From contig CAVPIW010000006.1 of NCBI GenBank assembly GCA_963705105.1, positions 800,001 through 864,000 on the forward strand: a stretch of 64,000 nucleotides of DNA, in the 5' to 3' direction. Below are positions 28,476 to 37,774 of this stretch, in pieces (within the stretch, counting starts at the first letter, position 1; every line of letters begins with the position of its first letter). This stretch comes from an uncultured Nitrospiraceae bacterium (GTDB lineage Bacteria; Nitrospirota; Thermodesulfovibrionia; Thermodesulfovibrionales; Dissulfurispiraceae). The translations under genes and the position numbers were made by a program. The notes under the pieces were generated by a model, which saw only the letters and a list, made by a program, of their open reading frames with translations, did not search any database and had not been told where the DNA came from.

Positions 28476-28866
28476 TCTCGTTCCCGTACCCGTACACGAC
28501 ATCCCCTTCTCGAACCTCGATTCCTCGCTCGATCATGCGCGTCAGCATTGCCACGATGCGCACGAGACGGTCTTTGCCTTTGTGCACAGTTTCACCGTCG
28601 AGCGTTCCGCACCGGTTGAGAATGTCCAGAATGGCTCCACATTCCCTGGCCGAGCCGCTGGCGATCTGCAGATAGCGGCCTCGATCCGCCGCCGGCATCT
28701 TTCCGCAGCCTTCAGCGATGTTCAGTGCGATGGACTGCGAAGCCCGAAGAAGTTGGTCCCGCGCCGGCCGGTCCATGCCCTTCAGGGTTCGGCACAGCTC
28801 ATACGCCCAGGCCGCAAAATCCAATGCCACGGCGTAAACGTCGAGTCTCTCGTGATCAAGCCTCAT
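28429..28866 (-). CDS. Four helix bundle protein (23S rRNA intervening sequence / Avd-like family)
   Basis: HERLDVY..DQLLRASQSIALNIAEG.G..RYLQIASGSARECGAILD..VAMLTRM. Confidence 0.9.
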   Translation of the reverse strand: MRLDHERLDVYAVALDFAAWAYELCRTLKGMDRPARDQLLRASQSIALNIAEGCGKMPAADRGRYLQIASGSARECGAILDILNRCGTLDGETVHKGKDRLVRIVAMLTRMIERGIEVREGDVVYGYGNENGNERTKDDPYANGR

Positions 28867-28940
28867 CGCTTTGTCGTGTACGGGAACGTGAACCGCTTCG
28901 CTGTGAACGTGTACGTTTCAAGGCCAACGCGAAGATCAGG

Positions 28941-29768
28941 CTACTTGAGATCGATATTGAAGGTCGCGCTGTCACGCTGGCCGCCTGCGATGACGGTAAA
29001 AGTGACCGTCCACCATCCCGGCATGTTGAACTTCATCCCCTCGATCAAATACACACCGCTGCCGATCTCCTGCGTCATCCTCGGTTTTGTCGGCAAACCG
29101 TGGCCATGCTCCGGCATCGCGCCATCGACGAGCACCTCCGCTCCCGTCACCGCCGATCCGTCCGTCCTTTCGACCCGGAGCTTCCACGTATGGATCGTGT
29201 TGAGGGGAACGGCCTGGGCCGTCTCATAGGTTATCCTGAATGATTTGCTCTTCGACATCTGCGTTGTGGAGACATCGAGCTTTTCCGGTCTCGTAACCTG
29301 GGCGCCGTGCTCATGCTTCTTGTCACCCACGGCAAGAGGGACTTCGAAGACCGCCCTGTCCCCCGTGCCTCCCTTTTTCACAGTGACCTTCAACTGCCAG
29401 AGCCCCTCCGCAGGGAGCAGCACATTGTCAACCCTGTAGAGGCCTCCGCCCTTTTCCGTAACGACGGGCTTGGCATCGACACCGTGTCCGTCATCAGCCA
29501 TCCAGGGGACGACCTCGATCGTCGCTCCGGTCACGTCACGGTCCCTCTTGTCATGGATGATGACGTCGATGCTGTTTGTCCCAACCTTGAACGACTTCTC
29601 CTTGTGCACAACCTCGACGCTGTATTCCCCCTTCTCGGCGACCTGGAAGAGGCTGTCGTGGTAGTGCTGCGTGAACTTTGCCTTTCTCGCATCATACCCC
29701 TCGTCGTGGGCCGTGACAGAAATGGGGATGCACAGGATTGCAAGAAAGACGACAAGGAATCTTTTCAT
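28941..29768 (-). CDS. Periplasmic protein with two YtkA/FixH-like domains
   Basis: Signal peptide; PWMADDGHG..GGLY..GLWQL and MPEHGHG..G.YLIEGMKFNMPGWW repeats. Confidence 0.8.
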   Translation of the reverse strand: MKRFLVVFLAILCIPISVTAHDEGYDARKAKFTQHYHDSLFQVAEKGEYSVEVVHKEKSFKVGTNSIDVIIHDKRDRDVTGATIEVVPWMADDGHGVDAKPVVTEKGGGLYRVDNVLLPAEGLWQLKVTVKKGGTGDRAVFEVPLAVGDKKHEHGAQVTRPEKLDVSTTQMSKSKSFRITYETAQAVPLNTIHTWKLRVERTDGSAVTGAEVLVDGAMPEHGHGLPTKPRMTQEIGSGVYLIEGMKFNMPGWWTVTFTVIAGGQRDSATFNIDLK

Positions 29769-30107
29769 GACCGGCTCCTTTCCATGGTGAAATCGCTGTT
29801 GAAAAAGCGGAACTCGCCGACGGCAACCGCCTTTGCCTGTTGTCTAACTGTATCATCGTCCTTGTATGCCCTGTCAACAGGACGGTCAACGGCCGGCAGT
29901 AATACGACAATGACAGATCAACCACGAAGAGCACAGAGGTCACAGGGATGGGAAAGAAATCAGATTGTCTTTGCACGAAAAGTCGGGGCGAAGCGCTCTG
30001 AAAAACAGTGACAGTGTGAGTGTCAGTGTCAGTGTCGGCGTCACTAAGAGGTGGTCCCCATTGGTTGGACAGTTTGACGGCTGATTTAAGGTGGAAACCA
30101 TCCTTCA

Positions 30108-30976
30108 TCATGCCACCATCAGTTGTGCAGAATAGCCTGCACGGGGTAACTTCCAGTATGCCTCATGCGGCGTTCTGTCGTCCAGAGATGAATGCGGGCG
30201 CTCTTGGTTGTACTCCCCGATCCAATTCCCTATGATTTTCCTGGCCTCGCCGCCCGTTTCAAAAGCATGCAGATAGACACACTCGTATTTCAATGTCCGC
30301 CACAGCCGTTCAATCATGACATTGTCCATCCACCGCCCCTTGCCGTCCATCGATATCCCTATGCCGGCATCCGCCAGAACCTTGGTAAACTCAGTGCTTG
30401 TAAACTGACTCCCTTGATCCGTGTTGAATATCTCGGGCTTTCCATACCTCAACAAGGCTTCCCGTAAAGCCTCGACGCAGAACTCCGAATCCAATGAATT
30501 GCTCAGCCGCCAGCTCAGGACCATCCGGCTGCCCCAGTCCATGATCGCCACCAGGTACAGAAAACCTTTCCTCATCGGTATATAGCAAATATCGGCACAC
30601 CAGACATGGTTCGGTTCAGATATGTCCACTCCTCTGAGCAGATAGGGATAGATCTTGTGCTCAGGGTGGGTCTTGCTGGTGTTGGGTTTCTGGTAGATCG
30701 CCGCCAGTCCCGTCCTCTGCATCAGCCGCCGGATCCTTTTCCTGTTCACTCCATATCCCTGCCGCCGAAGATACCGGGTCATCTGCCGACTCCGTAGCTC
30801 GGCGCCTTGAGATACTGTTCGTCGATCGCGCGCATCAGCTCGAGGTTCAGCGCGCTTTCTCCCACAGGTTCATAATACAGACACGACCGGCTGATCTGCA
30901 GTAACTGACACTGCCGCGTTATGCTGAGCCCTGGATGGTCCGGTTGCACCATCTCTTTCCTTCGGCTACGGCTCAT
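30108..30976 (-). pseudogene. IS3 transposase orfB (DDE), frameshifted near 30790
   Basis: Expected YGSRQMT is split between ORFs 30779-30976 and 30108-30782, consistent with a 1-nt deletion; WCADICY, NTDQGSQFTS, DNVMIERLWR. Confidence 0.8.
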
Positions 30977-31260
30977 CGTCCGAAGGCTTTCGTTAAAAAA
31001 TCCCTCTCCACCGTCAGTTGCCCGATCTTGGCATGCAGTTCCTTGATCTCGGCCTCGTGTTCGACATCTTTCCGCCGTATCTTTGCCGCAAACACGTCCC
31101 CAAGCCCTTCAATGGCCTGTTTTTTCCACTCCCCCACCATATTGGGGTGGATTCCAAAGCGTGCACCGATCTCGGCAATTGTCGCCTCTTCCTTCAATGC
31201 TTCACGCGCGACCTTTGCTTTGAACTCCGCCGAATACCGATTCCTCTTCGTCTTGCTCAT
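30973..31260 (-). CDS. IS3 transposase orfA (HTH)
   Basis: YSAEFKAKVA..IHPNMV..WKK..LHAKIGQLTVERDFL. Confidence 0.92.
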   Translation of the reverse strand: MSKTKRNRYSAEFKAKVAREALKEEATIAEIGARFGIHPNMVGEWKKQAIEGLGDVFAAKIRRKDVEHEAEIKELHAKIGQLTVERDFLTKAFGR

Positions 31261-31690
31261 CTCGATGATCCCTCCTCATAAGTCGTATTTTACACCTTAT
31301 ACGACTGTCCGATTTTCGGGGACCACCTCTCTACCGCTGCCTCCGGCAAGGCAGATATGGTTCAAAGCCTTTCCAATGCGATGATGAGACTTCTCCGGGT
31401 GTTCAGCGCTTGTTGCCTGACGGGCTCTTGTCATCAGTCGACACGGCAAAGGGTGGTCTGGGGACGAGTACGGTATCTTAGAGGAAAGGCTTTTCACCAC
31501 ATCAGCCTTCCCGTCGGCACGATTGTCGTCCGGTTTCCGTCTTTGCGCGCTGTCTATTGTGTCTACTCTATTCTGTCTACTGTTTATAAGTGGCGCATTC
31601 ACCCCGCTTTTCGGTCGGGCCTATGAAGAAATATGTCATCTCAGGTTGGTCAGCGCTTGCTGCCTGACGGGCTTTTGTCAAAGGTTCATT

Positions 31691-32056
31691 TTCACTGACA
31701 CTGTCACTCACACTCACACTATTCCAGGTTTGTTGACACCTTTCACTGTCACTCACACTCACACTATTCCAGGTTTGTTGACACCTTTCACTGACACTCA
31801 CACTCACACTGTTCCAGGTTTGTTGACACCTTTCACTGACACTCACACTCACACTGTTCCAGGTTTGTTGACACCTTTCACTGCCACTCACACTCACACT
31901 GTTCCAGGTTTGTTGACACCTTTCACTGCCACTCACACTCACACTGTTCCAGGTTTGTTGACACCTTTCACTGACACTCACACTGACACTCACACTGTTT
32001 TGTGCCACTCACACTCACACTGTTTTGGGCACTGTCACTCACACTATTCCAGGTTG
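31691..32056. repeat. 45-bp tandem repeat (six full units plus degenerate ends) built on CACTCA/CACTGA hexamers
   Basis: Unit ttcactgacactcacactcacactgttccaggtttgttgacacct; core ccaggtttgttgacacc at 31724, 31769, 31814, 31859, 31904, 31949. Confidence 0.93.
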
Positions 32057-32104
32057 ATTCCTGCTTCTTCGTTGTCATAGAGTAGAATAGTTAAAGGAAG
32101 GCCT

Positions 32105-33229
32105 GTGGCAAAACATCTCGTTCTCGTCGGCGCCGGACACGCCCATCTGATGACCCTGAAAAACCTGCGGGAATTCACCGCAAGGGGACACCGGGTCACC
32201 GTGATCAGTGCCGACGCATACCACTATTACTCCGGCATGGGACCGGGGATGCTCTCCGGCATCTACCGGCCCCAGGACATCCGCTTCCACGTAAAGAAGA
32301 TGGTCGAGGACCGCGGCGGCCTCTTTGTGGAGGACAGGGTCGTCAGGATCGATCCCGGGGGACGGGTCCTCTCCCTCGCCTCGGGGAATGAGATCACCTA
32401 TGATGTCGTCTCTTTCAATACCGGCAGTGATGTCCCCTCAAACCACATCGGCAGTTCCGATGACAGGATTGTCAAAGTCAAACCGATCATCAGCCTCCTG
32501 AAGGCACGCAAGAGAATTCTCTCACTGGAACGGACGGGCAGTCTGCATCTCGTCGTTGCAGGGGGAGGCGCCGCAGGAGTCGAAATAGCGGGGAATCTCC
32601 AGAGGCTCGTCCATGAAAACGGGATCGCCGCGACGATCACCCTCGTCGCGGGATCGGGCCTGCTCAGAGAGGTCCCCCGAAAGGTCAGGGAAGCCGCACA
32701 TAGGTCTCTTGAGAAACGGGGTGTCGAGGTGATCGAGGGCGATCGCGTCCGGTCCCTGCAGGATGGTACCGTTATCCTCGCCGGCGGCAGGACCCTGCCT
32801 TCGGACATGCTCTTTCTCGCCCTCGGGGTCATTCCCTCCGCCCTCTTCAGGGAATCGGGAATTCCCACCGGTGAGGACGGGGGACTCCTGGTGAATGATT
32901 TCCTGGAGAGCGTCGCTCACCCAGGGCTCTTCGGCGGAGGCGACTGCATCAGCCTCCAAAGCCGGCCTTTGAACAAGGTCGGCGTCTATGCCGTGCGTCA
33001 GAATCCGGTCCTCCTGAGCAATCTCCTTGCGTCGCTCGAGGGAAAGCCCCTCAGCGCCTTCGACCCCGGCGGCGCGTACCTGCTCATCCTGAACATGGGC
33101 AACGGCAAAGGGATCCTATGGAAAAAGGAGTGGGTCCTGCAGGGGAGGATCGCCTTCCTCCTCAAGGACTACATCGACAGGAGGTTCATGAAAACCTATC
33201 AGGTCTCGGGCGAGAGAGATGAACCCTGA
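32105..33229 (+). CDS. FAD-dependent pyridine nucleotide-disulfide oxidoreductase, similar to the domain found N-terminal to SelD
   Basis: LVLVGAGHAH, YYSGMGPGMLSG, GGGAAGVE, FGGGDC, KVGVYAVRQ, LKDYIDRRFM. Confidence 0.8.
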   Translation: MAKHLVLVGAGHAHLMTLKNLREFTARGHRVTVISADAYHYYSGMGPGMLSGIYRPQDIRFHVKKMVEDRGGLFVEDRVVRIDPGGRVLSLASGNEITYDVVSFNTGSDVPSNHIGSSDDRIVKVKPIISLLKARKRILSLERTGSLHLVVAGGGAAGVEIAGNLQRLVHENGIAATITLVAGSGLLREVPRKVREAAHRSLEKRGVEVIEGDRVRSLQDGTVILAGGRTLPSDMLFLALGVIPSALFRESGIPTGEDGGLLVNDFLESVAHPGLFGGGDCISLQSRPLNKVGVYAVRQNPVLLSNLLASLEGKPLSAFDPGGAYLLILNMGNGKGILWKKEWVLQGRIAFLLKDYIDRRFMKTYQVSGERDEP

Positions 33230-33249
33230 GTAATAGATGGAGGTGAAAC

Positions 33250-34092
33250 ATGGGAATTCTGGATTATTTCAAACCCGTCGAAACGATGACACCCGACAAG
33301 GTGAAAGAATTTCTCCGCCTGAAAAATCCCGATGACTACAATCTCATCGATGTGCGCCAGCCCCATGAGTACGAGCGAGGACATCTTCCCGGGGCGAAGC
33401 TGATTCCAGTGGGCGAACTCAGCGGCCGCATGGGAGAGCTCGATCCGCACAAGCCGACGGTCACCTATTGAGCGTCGGGGCTCCGCAGCAGGGCTGCTGC
33501 GGCAACACTGAAGGGCGCGGGATTCGACGACGCCTTCAGCATGGAGGGAGGAATCAAGGCATGGCAGGGTCTGGTGGCGACAGGCGTGCCGGAAGCAGGG
33601 ATGGCCTATTTCAAAGGAACGGAAAACCCGGAAGAGCTGATCGCCCTCGCCTGGTCCCTCGAAGAGGGGACGAGGAGATTCTACAGCGACCTGGCAAAGA
33701 CACTGTCTGACGAAGAGGCGGCGCGGCTGTTCAGAAACCTGACCATCGCCGAAGAGCACCATAAAGCGTCCCTTCTCGGCGTTCTCAGGGACATCACGAA
33801 CCGGGAGCCACAGGCGGATTTCCCGGGCGCCCTCTTTGCCGGCGAGGTCGGCGAGATCATGGAGGGAGGCGTCTCCGTCGCCAAGGCGATCGAATGGGCT
33901 GGGGGAAAACCGGCATCGGACGCCCTTGACCTGTCCGTGTCACTGGAGACGAACGCTTACGACCTTTACCTGAAGATGATGGCTGCCATGAAAGACGAAC
34001 GGGCCGCGAAGGTTTTCCGGGTCCTTGCGGACGAAGAGAAGGCGCACCTTAACCGCCTCTCAGCACTTCTTGAGAAAAGACTGAGCACGTGA
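33250..34092 (+). CDS. Rhodanese-rubrerythrin/ferritin-like fusion, putative selenoprotein (Sec74)
   Basis: In-frame TGA 33469-71 at the catalytic Cys position (VTY-U-ASGLRS..MEGGIKAW); EEHH and DEEKAH ferritin-like motifs; SECIS-like hairpin. Confidence 0.9.
33483..33502 (+). promoter_or_regulatory. SECIS-like hairpin
   Basis: CCGCAGCA-GGGC-TGCTGCGG, perfect 8-bp stem 11 nt after the UGA, loop starts with G. Confidence 0.8.
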
Positions 34093-34124
34093 TCGCGCAT
34101 TATTGCGGCTGTTGGGCAAGGTAG

Positions 34125-34336
34125 CCTTATCGTTGCAACACACTCCCAGGAAAGGAGGGGTGTATGCGCCGAAAACCTTGCTGCGGTGACACCTGTATCA
34201 AAACGAAAGACGAACTTAAGCCAATGGTCGATGACACAAAGAGTGGAATCCTGAAACACGAAGCTGACAATGCGTATCGTCGCCTTCAGCAAGGCTTTGA
34301 GGCGCTTCACCCCGCCTTTTTATGCAACTACAGGGG
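34125..34336. repeat. Repeat family R1 copy
   Basis: Left half matches 45778-45880; right half matches the reverse complement of 28326-28475; imperfect terminal inverted repeats. Confidence 0.85.
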
Positions 34337-34340
34337 TAAG

Positions 34341-35045
34341 CTAAGGGACTTCCCCCTCCTCCCACCGTATCTCCTCGATGCCCTCGATCTCGCCGATCCG
34401 CCTCACGACCTTCGGCCAGGGCATGTTGTCCTTGCTGTTGATGCGGAGGCGATACGTTGTGGTGCCGGCCGTAAAATCTTTGGAGAAATTGACGAACTGG
34501 ATCGAGAAGCCCGGGTATTCGGAGAGGATTTCCCTGATCCTCCTGATCGTCGAAGCGGACTCCCGGGAGCGGACGGTAAGGATCGTATACTCGTCTCTCG
34601 GGAAAATGGTCTTGAGCCGCCTGAAGCGGTACAGCAGGAGAACGCTGATGAGGGTCGTGCAGACCGCCGGGATTATATAATTGGCGCCGACGGAGAGGCC
34701 GACACCCGTCACGAGCCAGAGTCCCGCCGCCGTGGTTAGGCCGCGGATCGTTCCCTTGCCCTTGATGATCGCCCCGGCCCCGAGAAAACCGATGCCCGCA
34801 ATGGCATAGGAGGCGATCCTGCCCGGATCGAGACGCACGACGGACTGGCTCACATCGAGGGCGCGGTACATCGCTTCCATATTGAGAGAAAGAAGCATGA
34901 TGAGACAGGAGCCGACGCAGACAAGGGTGTAGGTGCGGAGGCCCGCGGCCTGTCCGTGGGTCTCCCGTTCGAAGCCGATGGCCCCGCCGAGAAGAGCGGC
35001 AAGTAAAAGCTTCGATGCGTCAAAAAGGGCGCCGTGCCAGTCCAT
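34341..35045 (-). CDS. MgtC/SapB family membrane protein
   Basis: IGFERE..AGLRT..DPGRIA..GIGFLGAG..GLTTAAGLW. Confidence 0.92.
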   Translation of the reverse strand: MDWHGALFDASKLLLAALLGGAIGFERETHGQAAGLRTYTLVCVGSCLIMLLSLNMEAMYRALDVSQSVVRLDPGRIASYAIAGIGFLGAGAIIKGKGTIRGLTTAAGLWLVTGVGLSVGANYIIPAVCTTLISVLLLYRFRRLKTIFPRDEYTILTVRSRESASTIRRIREILSEYPGFSIQFVNFSKDFTAGTTTYRLRINSKDNMPWPKVVRRIGEIEGIEEIRWEEGEVP

Positions 35046-35223
35046 TAAGCAATAACCTCTCCCTGCCCTTTGGTGTTATGGAACACTATCATCAAGTATA
35101 TCAAAAAACATTACCCCTGAAAACCTTATAACCGGAAAATGCGGCCCGTTGATAAAACAAAATCGCTTTCTGCATAAATTGTGTCCGATTGACGAAGCCT
35201 CATTCCCGTGCTATGCTTTATGC

Positions 35224-36282
35224 ATGCCGGAACGTATTGTCGGAATCATGCCAGCGTCATGTTCCTCTCCGATCCTCGATGAGAACGGCACCGTCGATGA
35301 TGCACTCATGCCGTCGCTCACGGACGATGATGTTAAGCGCTCCTATGAGCTCATGGTCCTTTCGCGGACCTTTGACCAGCGAGCCCTGAGCCTCCAGCGT
35401 GAAGGCAGGCTCGGCACCTATGCTTCGATCCTCGGTCAGGAAGCCTCGCAGATCGGCAGCGCCCTGGCAATCAGGAAGAGCGACTGGATATTTCCCTCGT
35501 TCCGGGAGATGGCCGTCTACATAACCATGGGATATCCCCTCCACATGCTCTTCCAGTATTGGACCGGAGACGAGAGGGGCATTGCGCCGCCGCAGGACCT
35601 CAACATCTTTCCCCTCTGCATACCCGTGGGCACCCAGGTGCCCCACGCGACAGGCGCCGCCATGGCGCTGCAATACCGGGCAGAAGAAAATGCCGTTGCC
35701 TGCTATTTCGGTGACGGCGGCACATCGAAAGGCGATTTTCACGAAGGCTTCAATATGGCCGGGGTCTACCGGCTGCCCGTCGTCTATATCTGCCAGAACA
35801 ACCAGTGGGCGATTTCCGTCCCGAGGGAGCGCCAGACCGCATCGAAAACCCTGGCCCAAAAAGCCTTCGCCTATGGATTCGAGGGTGTCCAGGTGGACGG
35901 GAACGACATCTTTGCCGTCTACCTCGCAACGGACAGGGCGATGAAAAAGGCGCGTTCCGGAGGCGGCCCGACGTTCATCGAGTGTTTCACTTACCGGATG
36001 TCGGATCACACGACGGCTGACGATGCGTCACGCTACCGGAACGTTGACGAGGTCGAGCGATGGAAAGAGAAGGACCCCCTTGCACGTCTGCGCCTCTTCC
36101 TGGAAAAGCGGGGTCTCATGACGGAACAGTTCGAACAGGACGTCCACAGGACAGCGAAAGAGACCGTTGACGAAGCGGTGCGGAAGGCGGAGCAGATAGA
36201 GCGGCCCGACCCGTCGGACATGTTCACGTATACCTACGACAAGCTGACACCGCGGCAGGAAAGACAGATCAGGGACATCTGA
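35224..36282 (+). CDS. pdhA: Pyruvate/2-oxoacid dehydrogenase E1 alpha
   Basis: LQREGRLG..GQEA; FGDGGTS.GDFHEG.N; QNNQWAIS; YRMSDHTTADD; start uncertain. Confidence 0.92.
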   Translation: MPERIVGIMPASCSSPILDENGTVDDALMPSLTDDDVKRSYELMVLSRTFDQRALSLQREGRLGTYASILGQEASQIGSALAIRKSDWIFPSFREMAVYITMGYPLHMLFQYWTGDERGIAPPQDLNIFPLCIPVGTQVPHATGAAMALQYRAEENAVACYFGDGGTSKGDFHEGFNMAGVYRLPVVYICQNNQWAISVPRERQTASKTLAQKAFAYGFEGVQVDGNDIFAVYLATDRAMKKARSGGGPTFIECFTYRMSDHTTADDASRYRNVDEVERWKEKDPLARLRLFLEKRGLMTEQFEQDVHRTAKETVDEAVRKAEQIERPDPSDMFTYTYDKLTPRQERQIRDI

Positions 36283-36283
36283 A

Positions 36284-37246
36284 ATGGCGAAAATCAACAT
36301 GGTCCAGGCGGTCAATCTCGCCCTCCGCGAAGAGATGGAGCGCGATGGGACAGTCGTGCTGATGGGAGAGGATGTGGGCAGGGACGGCGGTGTTTTTCGG
36401 ACCTCCGATGGGCTTTTCGATCTCTTCGGACCCAGGAGGGTCATCGATACACCCCTTGCGGAGTCGGGGATCGCCGGCGTCGCCGTCGGGATGGCCGTCT
36501 GCGGCCTGAAACCCGTGGCCGAGATCCAATTCATGGGGTTCATCTACCCTGCCATCGACCAGATCTTCTCCCACGCCGCGCGGATCCGCTCCCGTTCCCG
36601 GGGCAGATTCACCTGCCCCCTCGTCGTAAGGACCCCTTACGGCGCCGGCATCAAGGCGCCGGAACTCCATTCCGAGAGCACCGAGGCCCTTTTTTGCCAC
36701 ATGCCCGGCATCAAGGTCGTCATCCCGTCGACTCCCTACCATGCCAAAGGCCTTCTCATTTCCGCCATCAGGGACCCCGATCCCGTCATCTTCCTCGAGC
36801 CGACGAGGGCATACCGTCTCTTTCGCGAAGACGTGCCGGAAGGAGACTATGCCGTCCCCCTTGGAAAGGCCAGGATGGTGCAGGAGGGGCGCGAGATCAC
36901 CGTCATCGCCTGGGGAAGCATGCTCCACAGGACCCTTGAGGCCGTCGAAGGATTCGACTGCGACGTTATCGACATGATGACTCTTTCTCCATTCGACGAA
37001 GAAGCGGTCCTCTCGTCGGTGAAAAAGACGGGGCGGGTCGTCATCGTTCACGAAGCGGCCAAGTCCTGCGGGTTCGGCGCGGAGCTCTCGGCCACCATCG
37101 CCGAGGAAGCCATCCTGCACCTGAAGGCCCCCATTCTCAGGGTCACCGGTTTCGACGTCGTCATTCCCCTGCCCAAGCTCGAAGATTACTACATCCCCAC
37201 CGTCACACGTATCAGGAGATCCCTCGCAGAGGTCATGAAATACTGA
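36284..37246 (+). CDS. pdhB: Pyruvate/2-oxoacid dehydrogenase E1 beta
   Basis: GEDVG..GGVFR; DTPLAESGI; AEIQF; ELHSES; KTGRVVIVHEA. Confidence 0.92.
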   Translation: MAKINMVQAVNLALREEMERDGTVVLMGEDVGRDGGVFRTSDGLFDLFGPRRVIDTPLAESGIAGVAVGMAVCGLKPVAEIQFMGFIYPAIDQIFSHAARIRSRSRGRFTCPLVVRTPYGAGIKAPELHSESTEALFCHMPGIKVVIPSTPYHAKGLLISAIRDPDPVIFLEPTRAYRLFREDVPEGDYAVPLGKARMVQEGREITVIAWGSMLHRTLEAVEGFDCDVIDMMTLSPFDEEAVLSSVKKTGRVVIVHEAAKSCGFGAELSATIAEEAILHLKAPILRVTGFDVVIPLPKLEDYYIPTVTRIRRSLAEVMKY

Positions 37247-37354
37247 GGTGCCGGGACGATGACAGTCCTTGCCGATCATCGCGTCACCGGTATGACTTGA
37301 CAGACCCGTTAAATCTTTACATTCTATTAGGTGGGAGGTTCCGAAGCAAAATTT

Positions 37355-37480
37355 ACAGAGACGGGGGAGAAGCGCTCTGAAAACAGTGACAGTGTGAGTG
37401 TGAGTGTCGGTGTCACTGCCGCTGCCTCCGGGAAGGCAGATATGGTTCAACACCTTTCCAATGCGATGATGAGACATCGT
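37355..37480. repeat. Repeat family R1 partial copy
   Basis: aagcgctctgaaaacagtgacagtgtgagtg..ccgctgcctccgggaaggcagatatggttcaa.. Confidence 0.8.
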
Positions 37481-37501
37481 AAGGAATGATGAATGATATC
37501 T

Positions 37502-37746
37502 CACTCGTGTCCAGAATAGCGAACAGCGAGACCTTAAAAACGAGAATAGGGTTTGGTTTCTGAAGCAAAATTCACGGGTAACGTGAACGGCGGCGGGAGC
37601 CGAAGGCGCAAGCCGCAGCGGGAGCCGCACAGTGTACCGGAGAAGGCAATAGTTTTCATAACAAACGCATACACATGAGAAGAGGGAGTTTATTTTGCGA
37701 AGAAATCATGCCCTATTCTCGTGTCAGATTATTTTGGACACCAGTG
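37502..37746. repeat. MITE-like repeat family R2 with long imperfect inverted ends
   Basis: cactcgtgtccagaata / tattttggacaccagtg termini; inner acgagaataggg / ccctattctcgt; homologous to 54731-54938. Confidence 0.8.
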
Positions 37747-37774
37747 TCGTATCTTATCAGGAAAGGAATGACCC

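Larger units (their letters stand above)
30047..31330 (-). mobile_element. IS3-family insertion sequence (1284 bp)
   Basis: 13-bp TIR AGAGGTGGTCCCC/GGGGACCACCTCT; CTA target duplication (30044-46, 31331-33); orfA and orfB. Confidence 0.92.
29963..31620. repeat. Repeat family R1 copy interrupted by IS3
   Basis: Left part cggggcgaagcgctctgaaaaacagtgacagtgtgagtgtc..; right part ccgctgcctccgg..gcgcattcaccccgcttttcggtcgggc; joined sequence matches 37360-37480 and the reverse complement of 58000-58250. Confidence 0.85.

Noticed and set aside
28429..28866. Diversity-generating retroelement (Avd)
   Set aside because: No reverse transcriptase and no template/variable repeat pair with adenine-specific differences in the window.
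31691..32056. CRISPR array
   Set aside because: Sequences between the repeated cores are near-identical, not unique spacers, and there are no cas genes.
31523..32080. His/Thr-repeat protein ORFs on either strand
   Set aside because: By-products of a 45-bp unit built from repeat-family hexamers; no RBS or family similarity.
36269..37630. Long antisense ORFs (e.g. 36269-37630, 54888-56450, 17278-18312, 5485-6432)
   Set aside because: Shadow ORFs opposite well-supported genes, as expected in GC-rich DNA.
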